DNA from: a virus
Taxonomy: Duplodnaviria > Caudoviricetes
IMG/VR virus record: IMGVR_UViG_3300013121_000024
Location: 64,001-128,000 of that record
Reading direction: 5' to 3' (one strand)
Length of the DNA: 64,000 nucleotides
Position 1 is the first letter of the stretch. Each line of letters begins with the position of its first letter. Both the position numbers and the translations under genes were made by a program. The notes below the pieces were generated by a model. It did not search any database, was not told the origin of the DNA, and was given only the letters and a program-made list of their open reading frames with translations. Shown piece by piece: positions 25,264 to 34,953 of the stretch.

Positions 25264-26337
25264 TTAGACCTTAGACCAACTTGACAGTCTCAACTCACCG
25301 GATAATCCAGAATATGTATTTTCAACCAATATATTTTGTAACATAGGCACCAATCTGTCAAGTGGAATGTCCTTGTTTCGCATAACAAAAGCGTTTACAT
25401 CCTTCTCGGTAATATCATCCGGCCATATGGAAACCTTAAATCCTTGTCTCAGTGCCTTTTGTATTTTCTGCACTGTCTCTTTTTTTCTTGGTTCATTATC
25501 CATGAAAATAACCGTATTTTCTTTTTTACCCCCAAGCCGATGTAATTCTGATACTATATCACCACCGGCCGAGGCCATACTGTTTGGAATAAACATGCTA
25601 TCTATAGGACCTTCCAGTACATAATGTATACGATTTAAATCAACAGAATCCATTCCAAAAAGTCTCGGAACACTAGTATCCAATAGTATTGTTATATACC
25701 TTATATTTGAATTGGAGATATTTCCTGTAGTATCTATTATTCTACCTTGATAACCGAATACCTCACCACTTTTCGTAAAGAATGGTATCACCAAACGAGA
25801 CTCGTCCACACCACATGTATTGAATTTTCCAGGTATTATAGAATTGGTCCATTCCATGAAATTAGGAACAAAATATAGTTTATGATGATATGTGGTAGGT
25901 ATCCTCCTGTAATCCACATATTTCTTTGCTGGATGCATATGTTGTAGTTGTGATACTTTTTTTAATCCAGAAAAAATCTTGTTGACTGGATATATTTGTT
26001 TGGATATAGGTGCTGACTCTTCCAATTCCTTTCGTTCTTCACGTGTACATGTTTCTACATATTTTTCTTTAAGGAACTCAGAATAAAGATTGGGATCTTG
26101 TTCTTTGAGAAATTTAAGGAAAGGAGGAGTTATTCCACAATTATGACAATGGTAGATAAATTTACCACCTTTCTCATATACATATCCCCTTGCCTTTCGT
26201 GGATTTTTTTCGGAGTCTCCACAAACAGGACAGGAAAAATTGTATAGTTTGTATGATTTTTTTCGGTAATTCTTATATTTGCTACAAAGGAGTGGAATGT
26301 ATTTTTTTTCTAACCATGCTGTATCATTGAATGTCAC
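25264..26337 (-). CDS. gp61: DNA primase (gp61)
   Basis: CPVCGDS...CHNC Zn finger, GYQGR, EGPIDS, DNEPR, KDVN; GTG 26337 preferred from RBS. Confidence 0.93.
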   Translation of the reverse strand: MTFNDTAWLEKKYIPLLCSKYKNYRKKSYKLYNFSCPVCGDSEKNPRKARGYVYEKGGKFIYHCHNCGITPPFLKFLKEQDPNLYSEFLKEKYVETCTREERKELEESAPISKQIYPVNKIFSGLKKVSQLQHMHPAKKYVDYRRIPTTYHHKLYFVPNFMEWTNSIIPGKFNTCGVDESRLVIPFFTKSGEVFGYQGRIIDTTGNISNSNIRYITILLDTSVPRLFGMDSVDLNRIHYVLEGPIDSMFIPNSMASAGGDIVSELHRLGGKKENTVIFMDNEPRKKETVQKIQKALRQGFKVSIWPDDITEKDVNAFVMRNKDIPLDRLVPMLQNILVENTYSGLSGELRLSSWSKV

Positions 26338-26359
26338 AATATATCCTCCAATATCCTCC

Positions 26360-26424
26360 ACCAATTACTCTAAAACGACACCGTTATTATACAGCTTTCC
26401 AAAATGTTGGCAAGGGGTAAAATT
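26360..26424 (-). repeat. 65-bp promoter-containing element, identical inverted copy at 62184-62248
   Basis: TTGCCA-16-TATAAT; exact reverse-complement match. Confidence 0.9.
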
Positions 26425-26426
26425 GT

Positions 26427-26945
26427 TCAATTAACGCAAAAATTGATGACAGGAAACTTATAGTTTATCCTGTTGAAATATGTCAGTGTATTGGATATAA
26501 TGTTTATTGACGCTACTGTTATTATTTTGTAACCACACCCCTTGGAAATAAAGGATGGTATATCATGAAAATGTGCATTCTTTTCTGGAAATTTGGTTTT
26601 TATGGTATCTAATTTATAACTTGACAACCTATATGATGTGCCTAGATTATCCACTATTTTGGAAGAGATTTCTGAGGAGATTTTGGCTAGGCTGGTAAGA
26701 CAAAAATGTACCACTATGTTTTCATCTGTGCCAAAGTTATATACCATACTTTCATCAAATGGAATTTTTTTTGTGGTTTTTCCATTTTTATCTGTAATTA
26801 TGATATGGTCTATCCTAACAATTAGTGGTGTGGATGTATAGGGTACCAGACAATACAACAGGTACATGCTTGACAACAGAACTATAAATGCATTTAAATA
26901 GATGAAATATCCAAACTTTTTTGAAGGTTTTCTAATTATTTCCAT
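26427..26945 (-). CDS. Membrane-anchored hypothetical protein
   Basis: N-terminal TM segment. Confidence 0.6.
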   Translation of the reverse strand: MEIIRKPSKKFGYFIYLNAFIVLLSSMYLLYCLVPYTSTPLIVRIDHIIITDKNGKTTKKIPFDESMVYNFGTDENIVVHFCLTSLAKISSEISSKIVDNLGTSYRLSSYKLDTIKTKFPEKNAHFHDIPSFISKGCGYKIITVASINIISNTLTYFNRINYKFPVINFCVN

Positions 26946-26949
26946 ACTA

Positions 26950-27318
26950 TTAATGTCCTTTTGTCACCCAAGACAAAATAAATGTTCCAAATACGGTAAG
27001 CATAAAAGTGAATACTGCATAAATGAACTTTTTGATTGGTTCAAATTCTTCTTTGGAAACTAATTTTCCTTCTCTCTCCAGTATTTCATCTCTTATCTCT
27101 CGCAATTGGACTTTTCTATCTGCGGATTCTTCTCTAACGGTTGTTTCAAGCTTATTCAATTCCACCTCAACAAATTTTGCAAGATTCACCATTCTTTCAT
27201 CTAAACGGACAAGCAATGTACAATCGTTGGCCAATTTTAGTTGAGGTTTATGTTGTTGATCGTCGTTTTCGAAAGATGTTGTTTTGTGTTCTGTAACACT
27301 ATTTATCAACATTGTCAT
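26950..27318 (-). CDS. Coiled-coil protein with C-terminal TM helix (holin-like candidate)
   Basis: RLDER coiled coil plus hydrophobic C-terminus; ATGA coupling. Confidence 0.55.
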   Translation of the reverse strand: MTMLINSVTEHKTTSFENDDQQHKPQLKLANDCTLLVRLDERMVNLAKFVEVELNKLETTVREESADRKVQLREIRDEILEREGKLVSKEEFEPIKKFIYAVFTFMLTVFGTFILSWVTKGH

Positions 27319-27500
27319 TTTATCTGTGGTTTTTTCCACCGGTTTGCAAAATCCAATAATTTTCTACGAAACGTTTTATGTGTTAATAGTGGTGAAAATC
27401 CAGAAAGATGTGCACCAATATCTCCAGATGAAGTCGGTGTTCCCAGTGAATTTACGGCACCAACACTAACGGTTTCTTTGATCGTAGATTTTGTTTTCAT
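27315..27500 (-). CDS. Small hypothetical protein
   Basis: ATGA-coupled at both ends. Confidence 0.55.
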   Translation of the reverse strand: MKTKSTIKETVSVGAVNSLGTPTSSGDIGAHLSGFSPLLTHKTFRRKLLDFANRWKKPQIK

Positions 27501-27901
27501 ATTTTTCGGAGCGCCTCGGTTATTTTACTATCTGAAATGATATCATCTGTATCCAATTTATATTTACCAAAATATACCACTTTAGGAAGAACACTCAGTA
27601 ACACCAAAAATGGTTTTAACTGTTCTTTGTATATGTTCAATTTTAAGAATAACATACGTCCGGCCGAATTGACACCAAAAACATTGTAGAGTATGATTAT
27701 ATGATTGAGTATTAATCGTTCCTTTAATTCACCTGTTGTCTTATATCTGGTAAATAGTTTCTTCAAGTACTTGAATCTTTTCACATCACTAAGGAATTCT
27801 TTCGTGTCACCGTGCACATTGTTGTAGGCCTTGGCCGCGAAAAAAAGGAAGTTATTATCATTCAGTGTCTCAATCTCGACTCCATTATCCAGATTTTTCA
27901 T
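27497..27901 (-). CDS. Conserved T4-like hypothetical protein
   Basis: KRFKYLKKLF..Y..TGELKERLILNHII motif. Confidence 0.75.
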   Translation of the reverse strand: MKNLDNGVEIETLNDNNFLFFAAKAYNNVHGDTKEFLSDVKRFKYLKKLFTRYKTTGELKERLILNHIIILYNVFGVNSAGRMLFLKLNIYKEQLKPFLVLLSVLPKVVYFGKYKLDTDDIISDSKITEALRKI

Positions 27902-27905
27902 TATA

Positions 27906-28208
27906 TTAGAAACTCTCCAGTGCAACCCTTTTTAACAAATTTGTGTCCACTGCGATGTATAGGTAATTTCCATCGGAAAACATTTTTCCCTTAATCACGG
28001 TAGGGGTATTATTAGCCGGCTCATTTTGTATTGTTGTGGACAGTGTATTTATCACCAAATCTAGACTTGAATTGGAGAATAAATTCTCCACCGATATCTG
28101 TTGTGTGATTGAATTGCCAGAAGTATTGGTTTCCACAATAAAAACAGAATCCAGAGGCAATGAATTTGCCTCTGGAAGCTCTGTTATGTGTTTGGCTTCA
28201 TTTGCCAT
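27906..28208 (-). CDS. Putative structural protein
   Basis: ITELP...YLYIAV...KRVAL fibre-like motifs. Confidence 0.6.
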   Translation of the reverse strand: MANEAKHITELPEANSLPLDSVFIVETNTSGNSITQQISVENLFSNSSLDLVINTLSTTIQNEPANNTPTVIKGKMFSDGNYLYIAVDTNLLKRVALESF

Positions 28209-28252
28209 ATGTCAGGTCTCCAGTATTTTTTTCATATACAAAAAAGATTATT

Positions 28253-29314
28253 TTAAAGTGAGCTTTGCGGCAACTTGGTGTCATCTGTAACAGATGCATC
28301 CCCTGAAATGGAACCCATGGCTACCAATGTTTCATAGGTTACTCGTCCAGCTCGTCCACCTGTTCCCTCACGTCTTAAAACCCATCCAGCATGTGTGACC
28401 TTGGAGGCTTCATTTAACCGTGGACCTCGTGTAATAGTAGCAGTTGCTCCACTTCCACTAGCACCAAATGTGGCTGTTGGTGTGGATGTGAATCCATAAC
28501 CACTAGCTGTTACGTTGGCTGCTCCTGTTGTATATCCAAATGCGAAGTTTGCTGTTGCGCCTGTTCCAGATCCACCTGTAAGTGCAACGTTGGCTAGTGT
28601 TGGTAGTGTGGAAAATACACCACCTGAATCAACGGCTAAGGTTTTAATACCAGTTGTAACGTCTACGGTAAGTCCTGCTCCTGAACCTGTGTTATTGACT
28701 GTTGCAACATTCGCCAGGTCAGGATCCGCGGTATAATCACCACCTGTCGTAAGAGCTAGGCTGGCCACGTTATCATCGGATGCTCCAGTGGTAACAGTGA
28801 ATGTTGCTTGTGTTCCTGTTCCGGTTGTCATTCCAACAACATCACCATTGGCATATCCACCACCAGCTTCGTTGACCGCAACGGTAACAATTTGTGTATG
28901 TGTCACCGATAAACTAGCAGCATTTACAGCCACACCATTAGAAAATGACAGTACATCGTCAATTAGGTAACCATCTCCCTTGAGGTCGATGGTCGCTGTT
29001 ATTAGTTTTCCTGTTGCCGTTCCGGTGAATCCTGTACCACTGCCACCTGAAACACCTATGGCAAGGGTTGTATAGCCTATGCCGGCGTTAGTGATGTTGA
29101 AACTTGTAACACCTTCAGTTGATCCTGTGTAAGGATACTTAACTTCATCTGCACTAGCTCCAAACATTCCTGTTTTTTGTCCGGTTACAAAAGAATTAGA
29201 TGTTACGTTGTTGAATAGATTATCACGGTTTGCGGTGTTTGCTGTTTTGTTGACCAACGATCCGCCCCAAATAGGTGAATTATTGGCCTGATCTGCTGAT
29301 CCCCATTGTGCCAT
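28253..29314 (-). CDS. Virion structural or fibre-like protein
   Basis: MAQWG start, G/T/A-rich repeats, HAGWV...GGRAGRVTYETLVAM C-terminus. Confidence 0.75.
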   Translation of the reverse strand: MAQWGSADQANNSPIWGGSLVNKTANTANRDNLFNNVTSNSFVTGQKTGMFGASADEVKYPYTGSTEGVTSFNITNAGIGYTTLAIGVSGGSGTGFTGTATGKLITATIDLKGDGYLIDDVLSFSNGVAVNAASLSVTHTQIVTVAVNEAGGGYANGDVVGMTTGTGTQATFTVTTGASDDNVASLALTTGGDYTADPDLANVATVNNTGSGAGLTVDVTTGIKTLAVDSGGVFSTLPTLANVALTGGSGTGATANFAFGYTTGAANVTASGYGFTSTPTATFGASGSGATATITRGPRLNEASKVTHAGWVLRREGTGGRAGRVTYETLVAMGSISGDASVTDDTKLPQSSL

Positions 29315-29328
29315 ATTTTTTACTCTCC

Positions 29329-31302
29329 TTATTTCTTATTTTTAGATGGTATATAGCCCAAAATTCCATACAACTTACTTTCAGTCATGGACACCTTTGG
29401 TAGAGTTATACCTCTTTTTGGTTTTCCTTCTGGAATTTTCTTGCCGGACTCTACATGATCTAAAGACTTTTGACTGAATTTTTGATTCCTCAAGAATTCT
29501 TGTGCCTTTTGTCTATCAGATGGATTATATTTTGTTCTCAGGGCGGATATAACTGGCTTGGGCAACCTTAATAGATCATCCAACGGTGTCCTCTCGGAAT
29601 CACCGGAAGTGACCTTTTTAGGAACTTCCTTCTCTTTCGGAGGATTCTTCTTTTCTGCCTTTTTAGCATTCGAAGCGGCCGCAATGGCCTTAATCAGCTC
29701 GGCGCGTTCTTTCTTGTTCTTGGTGCCGGCCAATTTTTTCTTAAGGCCTGATAAACTGGCCTCGTTCAATTCACTAGAAATTCTGTCGGCCGCCGTATTT
29801 TCCATTAATACACCAGCACTCTTTTTTACTCCATCGGCCCATGGGTCTTTAATGGCCGGTTTATTTTCCGATACCACTTTCCTCACGGCGGCCAATAGAC
29901 TCTCAGAAAACTGACCTTTAAGTCTGTGGTCTATCATTTTAGGCAATTCTCCTTTTCCTCTATTTAGTGTTCTGATCAATCCTTCTGTTAATTCACTAGA
30001 ATTCAGTGATTCTTTTATCCTTCTTTTATGATAAGGAGCTGGAGAAGTATCACGGGCCCGCCTGTTTTTATTTGCTTCTCCTTGAATTAATGTTTTGATT
30101 TTTTCCATAGTACCAATAGCATCTCTTTTTAGTCCTGTTCGGATATCATCAAATGCTGGACCTGCCCATGGTCCTTCACGTCGTTTAATGGCATCCACAA
30201 TTGGTGTTAGTATTGCATCACGGTCGCCTTTCAAGCCAGTACCAACATCGTCAGCGGCTTTGGATAACCATGTACGACTTCTCCTCTTAATGGAGTCCTT
30301 TACGGGATTAACCACGTTCTTCAAGTCTTTCTTGAGACCATAGGATATATCATCGACTACTGAATTTTCGGTCAATCCACCCAAGCCCTTTTTCTCAAGA
30401 TAAGCGGCGAATTTCGGATCCTTTTTCCTTATATTAAGGTAACGCTTATTACTCCAGTCCGTATTATCTATGGCAGCGAAAGCGGCTGCCATGGCCGGGC
30501 TAGGGGGCCTGAGTTTTGGGTGCTTAGGTTCAGGACCTCTCTTTTTGAGGGCGTCTAATTGGGCTTTCTTTTTTGAATCATCCGGGTCTAATTCTAAATC
30601 ACCAATCTTGTTTTCGGTTACGTGTGATTCGCCTAATGTGTACCAAGATTTCGAGTCTATTTCTTTATTGCCCAAATAGTGTTTTCCGCCTTTGGTACGT
30701 ACATTGACACCTAGTGAATTCAATCGGGATTTAGTGGTAGTAGTTGGCCAACCGGCCATGGAAATAGACACTTTACCTTTAACATTCTTTGCAATAAGGT
30801 TTCCATGAAGTCTCATTTCTGTTCCGTGTGGAGTAACCACAACATGTGTATTCTTGTTTTTGTATGGCCGGTGGTTCATAAAACTATGAGCGGCCGCAGA
30901 GGAGATTTTTCTCTCCTCATTAAGATCGATTACTTCTTCCGAGAGAGATTCTTGTACGGCCCCGAATGCTTTGCCATTAGCTTCTTCCTCGGCCTTTTTG
31001 GCCGCGGCCTTCTCGATCCTTTTTTTGTTGGCGGCAAGTCTGGCTGGTGTTTGAAACTGTATCCTATTTGTCACCTTAATTTCTTCTTTTCTACGGTCTG
31101 GATCATTAGGATCAAATACAATTTTTTTACTTTTGCCTGTAACCTTATCCTCTTGTAATGAGGATTCATTGATTTCCTGTACTAATAAAGTTTCCGGAGT
31201 TTCCAAAATCGTTGGAATTTTCCGTTTACTAGGCATCCGCAGTTCTTTACCTGAAAGGACTTCCAGTGCAGTATGTTCTAATGATCGGTACTTCTTTGTC
31301 AT
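29329..31302 (-). CDS. Large charged protein, probable internal head protein
   Basis: Repeated LxE/IxE/xTE motifs resembling prohead protease sites. Confidence 0.6.
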   Translation of the reverse strand: MTKKYRSLEHTALEVLSGKELRMPSKRKIPTILETPETLLVQEINESSLQEDKVTGKSKKIVFDPNDPDRRKEEIKVTNRIQFQTPARLAANKKRIEKAAAKKAEEEANGKAFGAVQESLSEEVIDLNEERKISSAAAHSFMNHRPYKNKNTHVVVTPHGTEMRLHGNLIAKNVKGKVSISMAGWPTTTTKSRLNSLGVNVRTKGGKHYLGNKEIDSKSWYTLGESHVTENKIGDLELDPDDSKKKAQLDALKKRGPEPKHPKLRPPSPAMAAAFAAIDNTDWSNKRYLNIRKKDPKFAAYLEKKGLGGLTENSVVDDISYGLKKDLKNVVNPVKDSIKRRSRTWLSKAADDVGTGLKGDRDAILTPIVDAIKRREGPWAGPAFDDIRTGLKRDAIGTMEKIKTLIQGEANKNRRARDTSPAPYHKRRIKESLNSSELTEGLIRTLNRGKGELPKMIDHRLKGQFSESLLAAVRKVVSENKPAIKDPWADGVKKSAGVLMENTAADRISSELNEASLSGLKKKLAGTKNKKERAELIKAIAAASNAKKAEKKNPPKEKEVPKKVTSGDSERTPLDDLLRLPKPVISALRTKYNPSDRQKAQEFLRNQKFSQKSLDHVESGKKIPEGKPKRGITLPKVSMTESKLYGILGYIPSKNKK

Positions 31303-31319
31303 TTTTGTTCCAGTCGTTA

Positions 31320-32888
31320 TTATACAGTTGTGGTCGATGATCGTGTTACTATACCAGAGACAGTGGGTTTAGTATTAGCCGATGGAAGTGGAGGAATTTT
31401 GGCATCTTTAGCCTTTAAGGTAGTAGTGCCGACAGGTTTTTGTCGGCTTTTACTTATCTTAGAGGTTTTACTGACCACCCCACCATCTTTTTCTCCACCA
31501 GTTTTTCCGGCCGCCTTATCTACAAATGTGGCCGATTCCTTAAAAAATCTACCTTTCAATATTCCTTTCAATCTATTTAGTATTCCAGTTTTTTCTGTTG
31601 CTACTTTTGCAACATATTTAGAAGCCGGAGGTTCAGTTTGTACTTTGGGCAATTCTACATTTGCGATATTTATGGTTTTCAACGGCCTGAGTGGATATGA
31701 CTTGATTTCAGCCTCATTTCTTACCACCGGCTCTATCACTCCAGCATCCAATTGTGTACGAACGTCATCTAATTGCATTTTAGAAATCATTTCTAGGTCG
31801 TACAGATTGTTGTATTGTTTCATCTGTTTGGCAATCTGGACCTTACGTATAATCTCTTTGAATTCTTTCTCCTTAGCAGCTTCTCCGGATGCTTCGCGGC
31901 GAGCTTCCGCCCTCTGTTGGGCCTTCAATTTTGACAGTTCCTTTAACTTTGGACTTACCTCAGCTTGTACCTCGGCCGTGGCAACCTCTGCGGCCTTCTG
32001 TTCCAGTCTTTTTGCTAATCTGTCAAATTTATCTCTAGTTCTTTTTTCGGACTTTTCCCTGGCGGCCGATTTAATAGTAGAGGCCAGCTTTTTAGGATCC
32101 GTACCTCCTACTATTCCGGCAATTGTTTCTAGATTGTCCGGGTGGATAGTACCAGATCCGGATAATATACTTTGTAATTGGCCAAGAGCTTCGCTTCCTC
32201 CCCTTTGAATAGGAACAATGGCTACCGGGGTTCCCATTTTCTTGGATACTTTGGTAATTTTCTTTTTTTGTTTTTCTAGTTTGTTCTTAGCTCTTAATTT
32301 TTCTTGGTCTGATTTTAATTTCAAACGTCTTTTAAGTTCAGCTCTCGCCCTTCGGCCCAAATCATCCTTTCGAACAGCTAACTTTCCTAGACTTTTGTTA
32401 CTAGTTTTACTGGTAATCTTGTAATCAGAAGGAAAAGCCATTTCATTTAAGATGCCGGTTGCTGATAAGACTTTGCTTGGTGTATTTTCTAATTTCATGG
32501 TATTCATTATACTCCTGATTGTCCTTCTCCCACCTGGAATTTCACCATACCTCTTGCCTTCTATTTCTTGCGATACTGCCGAAATAGTAGCATTCTTTTT
32601 CCACCATTTTGGAAGTATTTTTTTATACACCAGGCCCTTCAACCCCCGGCTTCTCTTAGTCCATTGTCTACGAATTTCACTCTCGATATCACTAGGGTTG
32701 GCATCTTCGCCATCTTGCATGATACCGCTATTGAAAGCCCAGAAAGCATCTTCTCCACCTTTAGACTCCGTTTTAACTTTTGATGGTGTACCATCTTTAA
32801 GTGTTGGATTTAAGTCTACCAAAGGATTTTTTGATTTATTGGTGGCTTGAATTTTCTTGTTTTTATTATTGCGCATTTTTCTTTCCAT
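31320..32888 (-). CDS. Large basic coiled-coil protein, probable internal head protein
   Basis: Long ORF in the late block; K/E/A rich. Confidence 0.6.
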   Translation of the reverse strand: MERKMRNNKNKKIQATNKSKNPLVDLNPTLKDGTPSKVKTESKGGEDAFWAFNSGIMQDGEDANPSDIESEIRRQWTKRSRGLKGLVYKKILPKWWKKNATISAVSQEIEGKRYGEIPGGRRTIRSIMNTMKLENTPSKVLSATGILNEMAFPSDYKITSKTSNKSLGKLAVRKDDLGRRARAELKRRLKLKSDQEKLRAKNKLEKQKKKITKVSKKMGTPVAIVPIQRGGSEALGQLQSILSGSGTIHPDNLETIAGIVGGTDPKKLASTIKSAAREKSEKRTRDKFDRLAKRLEQKAAEVATAEVQAEVSPKLKELSKLKAQQRAEARREASGEAAKEKEFKEIIRKVQIAKQMKQYNNLYDLEMISKMQLDDVRTQLDAGVIEPVVRNEAEIKSYPLRPLKTINIANVELPKVQTEPPASKYVAKVATEKTGILNRLKGILKGRFFKESATFVDKAAGKTGGEKDGGVVSKTSKISKSRQKPVGTTTLKAKDAKIPPLPSANTKPTVSGIVTRSSTTTV

Positions 32889-32910
32889 ATGAAACAACCC
32901 GTTGGATTAT

Positions 32911-33570
32911 TTATGTTTTCTTGACTTTTTTCAAGTGTTTAAGTCCACTCCTAACATCAACGAACAGTTCCCGTGCATGTTCTACATTACCGGATATGTT
33001 TTTGGATATACCTTTCATGAATCCTAGAAAATCGCCTTTTTTTGCCATTTCTCTCATTGACGATGCCGAAACAGCACCTTTACCACGAGGAACCTCATGA
33101 CCGGTTATACTTTTGAAATTGTAGCTTCCCCTTTTTCCATTGTACTTCTTAAGAATACCAATGATAGAATTTTCTCCTGTCATTCTGTCGGTTCCGCCCA
33201 CAAAATGTAAGTGTTTGTATCCTTCTTTGTTTAATCCTTTGGCTATCTCAATAATATTTGGTTCTTTAGAATTTACTCCAACTACACTTATATTGGTTTT
33301 TGGAAAAGCTCTTTGTAAGTGTTTCAATTTTTGTGCAGGTAATAGGGGATTTCTTTCATCTCCCGTTGACCCAGAGGCAATTAACCTGTGGTCAGCGTTG
33401 TGTAATGCAGCTTGTGTATGCATCTCTTTTACTACAGCACCATGACCATCCTCTGTGGGGACGCCGAATCTACCAAAGGCAATAACCACATGTTCCTTTT
33501 GGTTGGGTTTCCGTGGTTTAAACTTGCCTTCTAATAGTAATTCGCCGTAAAACTCACGAAAACCTATCAT
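32911..33570 (-). CDS. Cytidylyltransferase-like (HIGH superfamily) nucleotidyltransferase
   Basis: FGRFGVPTEDGH, VGGTDR, VSASSMR; start moved to MIGFREF. Confidence 0.78.
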   Translation of the reverse strand: MIGFREFYGELLLEGKFKPRKPNQKEHVVIAFGRFGVPTEDGHGAVVKEMHTQAALHNADHRLIASGSTGDERNPLLPAQKLKHLQRAFPKTNISVVGVNSKEPNIIEIAKGLNKEGYKHLHFVGGTDRMTGENSIIGILKKYNGKRGSYNFKSITGHEVPRGKGAVSASSMREMAKKGDFLGFMKGISKNISGNVEHARELFVDVRSGLKHLKKVKKT

Positions 33571-34744
33571 TTTTGGTACCTCTTGAGAAATTCTCTCTAT
33601 TGAACATATGTCGCAGATTAGCCTTAAATTGGGAGTTTCCCCGGACATGTCGGATAACATATCCTTCTGGGCCCGTTTGTTTATTCCCGATGTGATGTGT
33701 ATATTCGGAGTGAGTGTCCATTGCATGTACTAATATATTTTTTGCATCCTGTATTGTTTTGTGGTGCATGAATAGTTTGTCCAGGTGTGTTCCTATAGTG
33801 CCTGCATGTGAAATAAGAGAATTCCAAGAAGCCTCTTTTTTATTTCGTGTTAGTGGATTCTTGATTGCTGCAAGTTCTTTCTGTTTCCTGGACTCCAAGT
33901 GTTCAATATATCCTTTGGCCGTATTTGGCGTTCCCAGTCGCACATTTGTATTGATATAAGTGGATAAGTGTGCTTGGTGTTGGTTGAAATTACCATGGAA
34001 TGGTTCCAGTTCACGGGCTTGATTCTCGGCCAACTTCATATGTTCTGTGAATTTTTTCCTATCGGAATCGGGAAAACTGGCTTTGGTTGTACGGTGTGTT
34101 GTGCTGACAAAGTGTACATCCGGGTGGTATTGTATGCCCTTAAAGGAGGGCACTGAATCCATACTGAGTGCACTTCCGGTTTTCCCGGAATAGGAGGTGT
34201 GTAATGCAATTCCAAGTTGTGCTTTTGATATTTTCTTACCGGAGGTACTGTTTTTGTCTATGCTGTACTTAATGGTATTTGGTTGGAAAGACCATGTATT
34301 GCCTTCATCCCGCACCGACTTTTTGTCCCACATTAGGTCACCTTGATAGACACCAGTTTTTACTACCTTGGATAAATGTGTCAACGCGGTGTTCAATTTT
34401 TCGGCTAAGCCTGGTGAATGTCCGTGGTTTCTCATAATGTCAGCGGGAGTATAGTTTATTTTAGGGGTAACATTAAATGCACTTTTGGTAGCCACAAAGA
34501 ATTTTTTTGTGTCTGGGTGTATTCCGAACAGCACACTAGGTGCACCATCTTTTTTAATCTTGATTTGTGACCTTACGGACCGTTTCTTTTTAGTTAGTCT
34601 GTCATAGGTGCTCCAAAGTGCCGTGCTCGCATCCTTATGTCCCTGCGAACCTCTAAGGACAGCATCCTCTAGGTGTTCCAGATGTTTTAGTACTTTTGGT
34701 TGTTCACCAACCTGTTCCAACAGGAAGGTCTTGAATCCTATCAC
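33554..34744 (-). CDS. ATP-dependent ligase-fold protein (DUF6267-like)
   Basis: HLEHLED, KKDGAP (KxDG motif I), YQGDL, PEGYV. Confidence 0.72.
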   Translation of the reverse strand: MIGFKTFLLEQVGEQPKVLKHLEHLEDAVLRGSQGHKDASTALWSTYDRLTKKKRSVRSQIKIKKDGAPSVLFGIHPDTKKFFVATKSAFNVTPKINYTPADIMRNHGHSPGLAEKLNTALTHLSKVVKTGVYQGDLMWDKKSVRDEGNTWSFQPNTIKYSIDKNSTSGKKISKAQLGIALHTSYSGKTGSALSMDSVPSFKGIQYHPDVHFVSTTHRTTKASFPDSDRKKFTEHMKLAENQARELEPFHGNFNQHQAHLSTYINTNVRLGTPNTAKGYIEHLESRKQKELAAIKNPLTRNKKEASWNSLISHAGTIGTHLDKLFMHHKTIQDAKNILVHAMDTHSEYTHHIGNKQTGPEGYVIRHVRGNSQFKANLRHMFNRENFSRGTKNDRFS

Positions 34745-34950
34745 TGAATTTGTCTCCTAGTAGGTTTCAACTTTCCTTTGTTTTTGCCCCTGAGTTTTTT
34801 ATTACTTTTATATTTTGACCAAGCGGTAGCGTATAATCGTTCTTGCCACTTGGATCCATATCTGTACTTGAATCTTTCTTTATTCGATTGTACCCAGTCT
34901 TCCATACCAGGAGGGGTGGATTCAGAAAGAAATTCTTTGAAGGTTTTCAT
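34741..34950 (-). CDS. Small basic head-packaged-like protein
   Basis: MKTFKEFLSE; FKYRYG...LYATAW. Confidence 0.7.
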   Translation of the reverse strand: MKTFKEFLSESTPPGMEDWVQSNKERFKYRYGSKWQERLYATAWSKYKSNKKLRGKNKGKLKPTRRQIQ

Positions 34951-34953
34951 CTA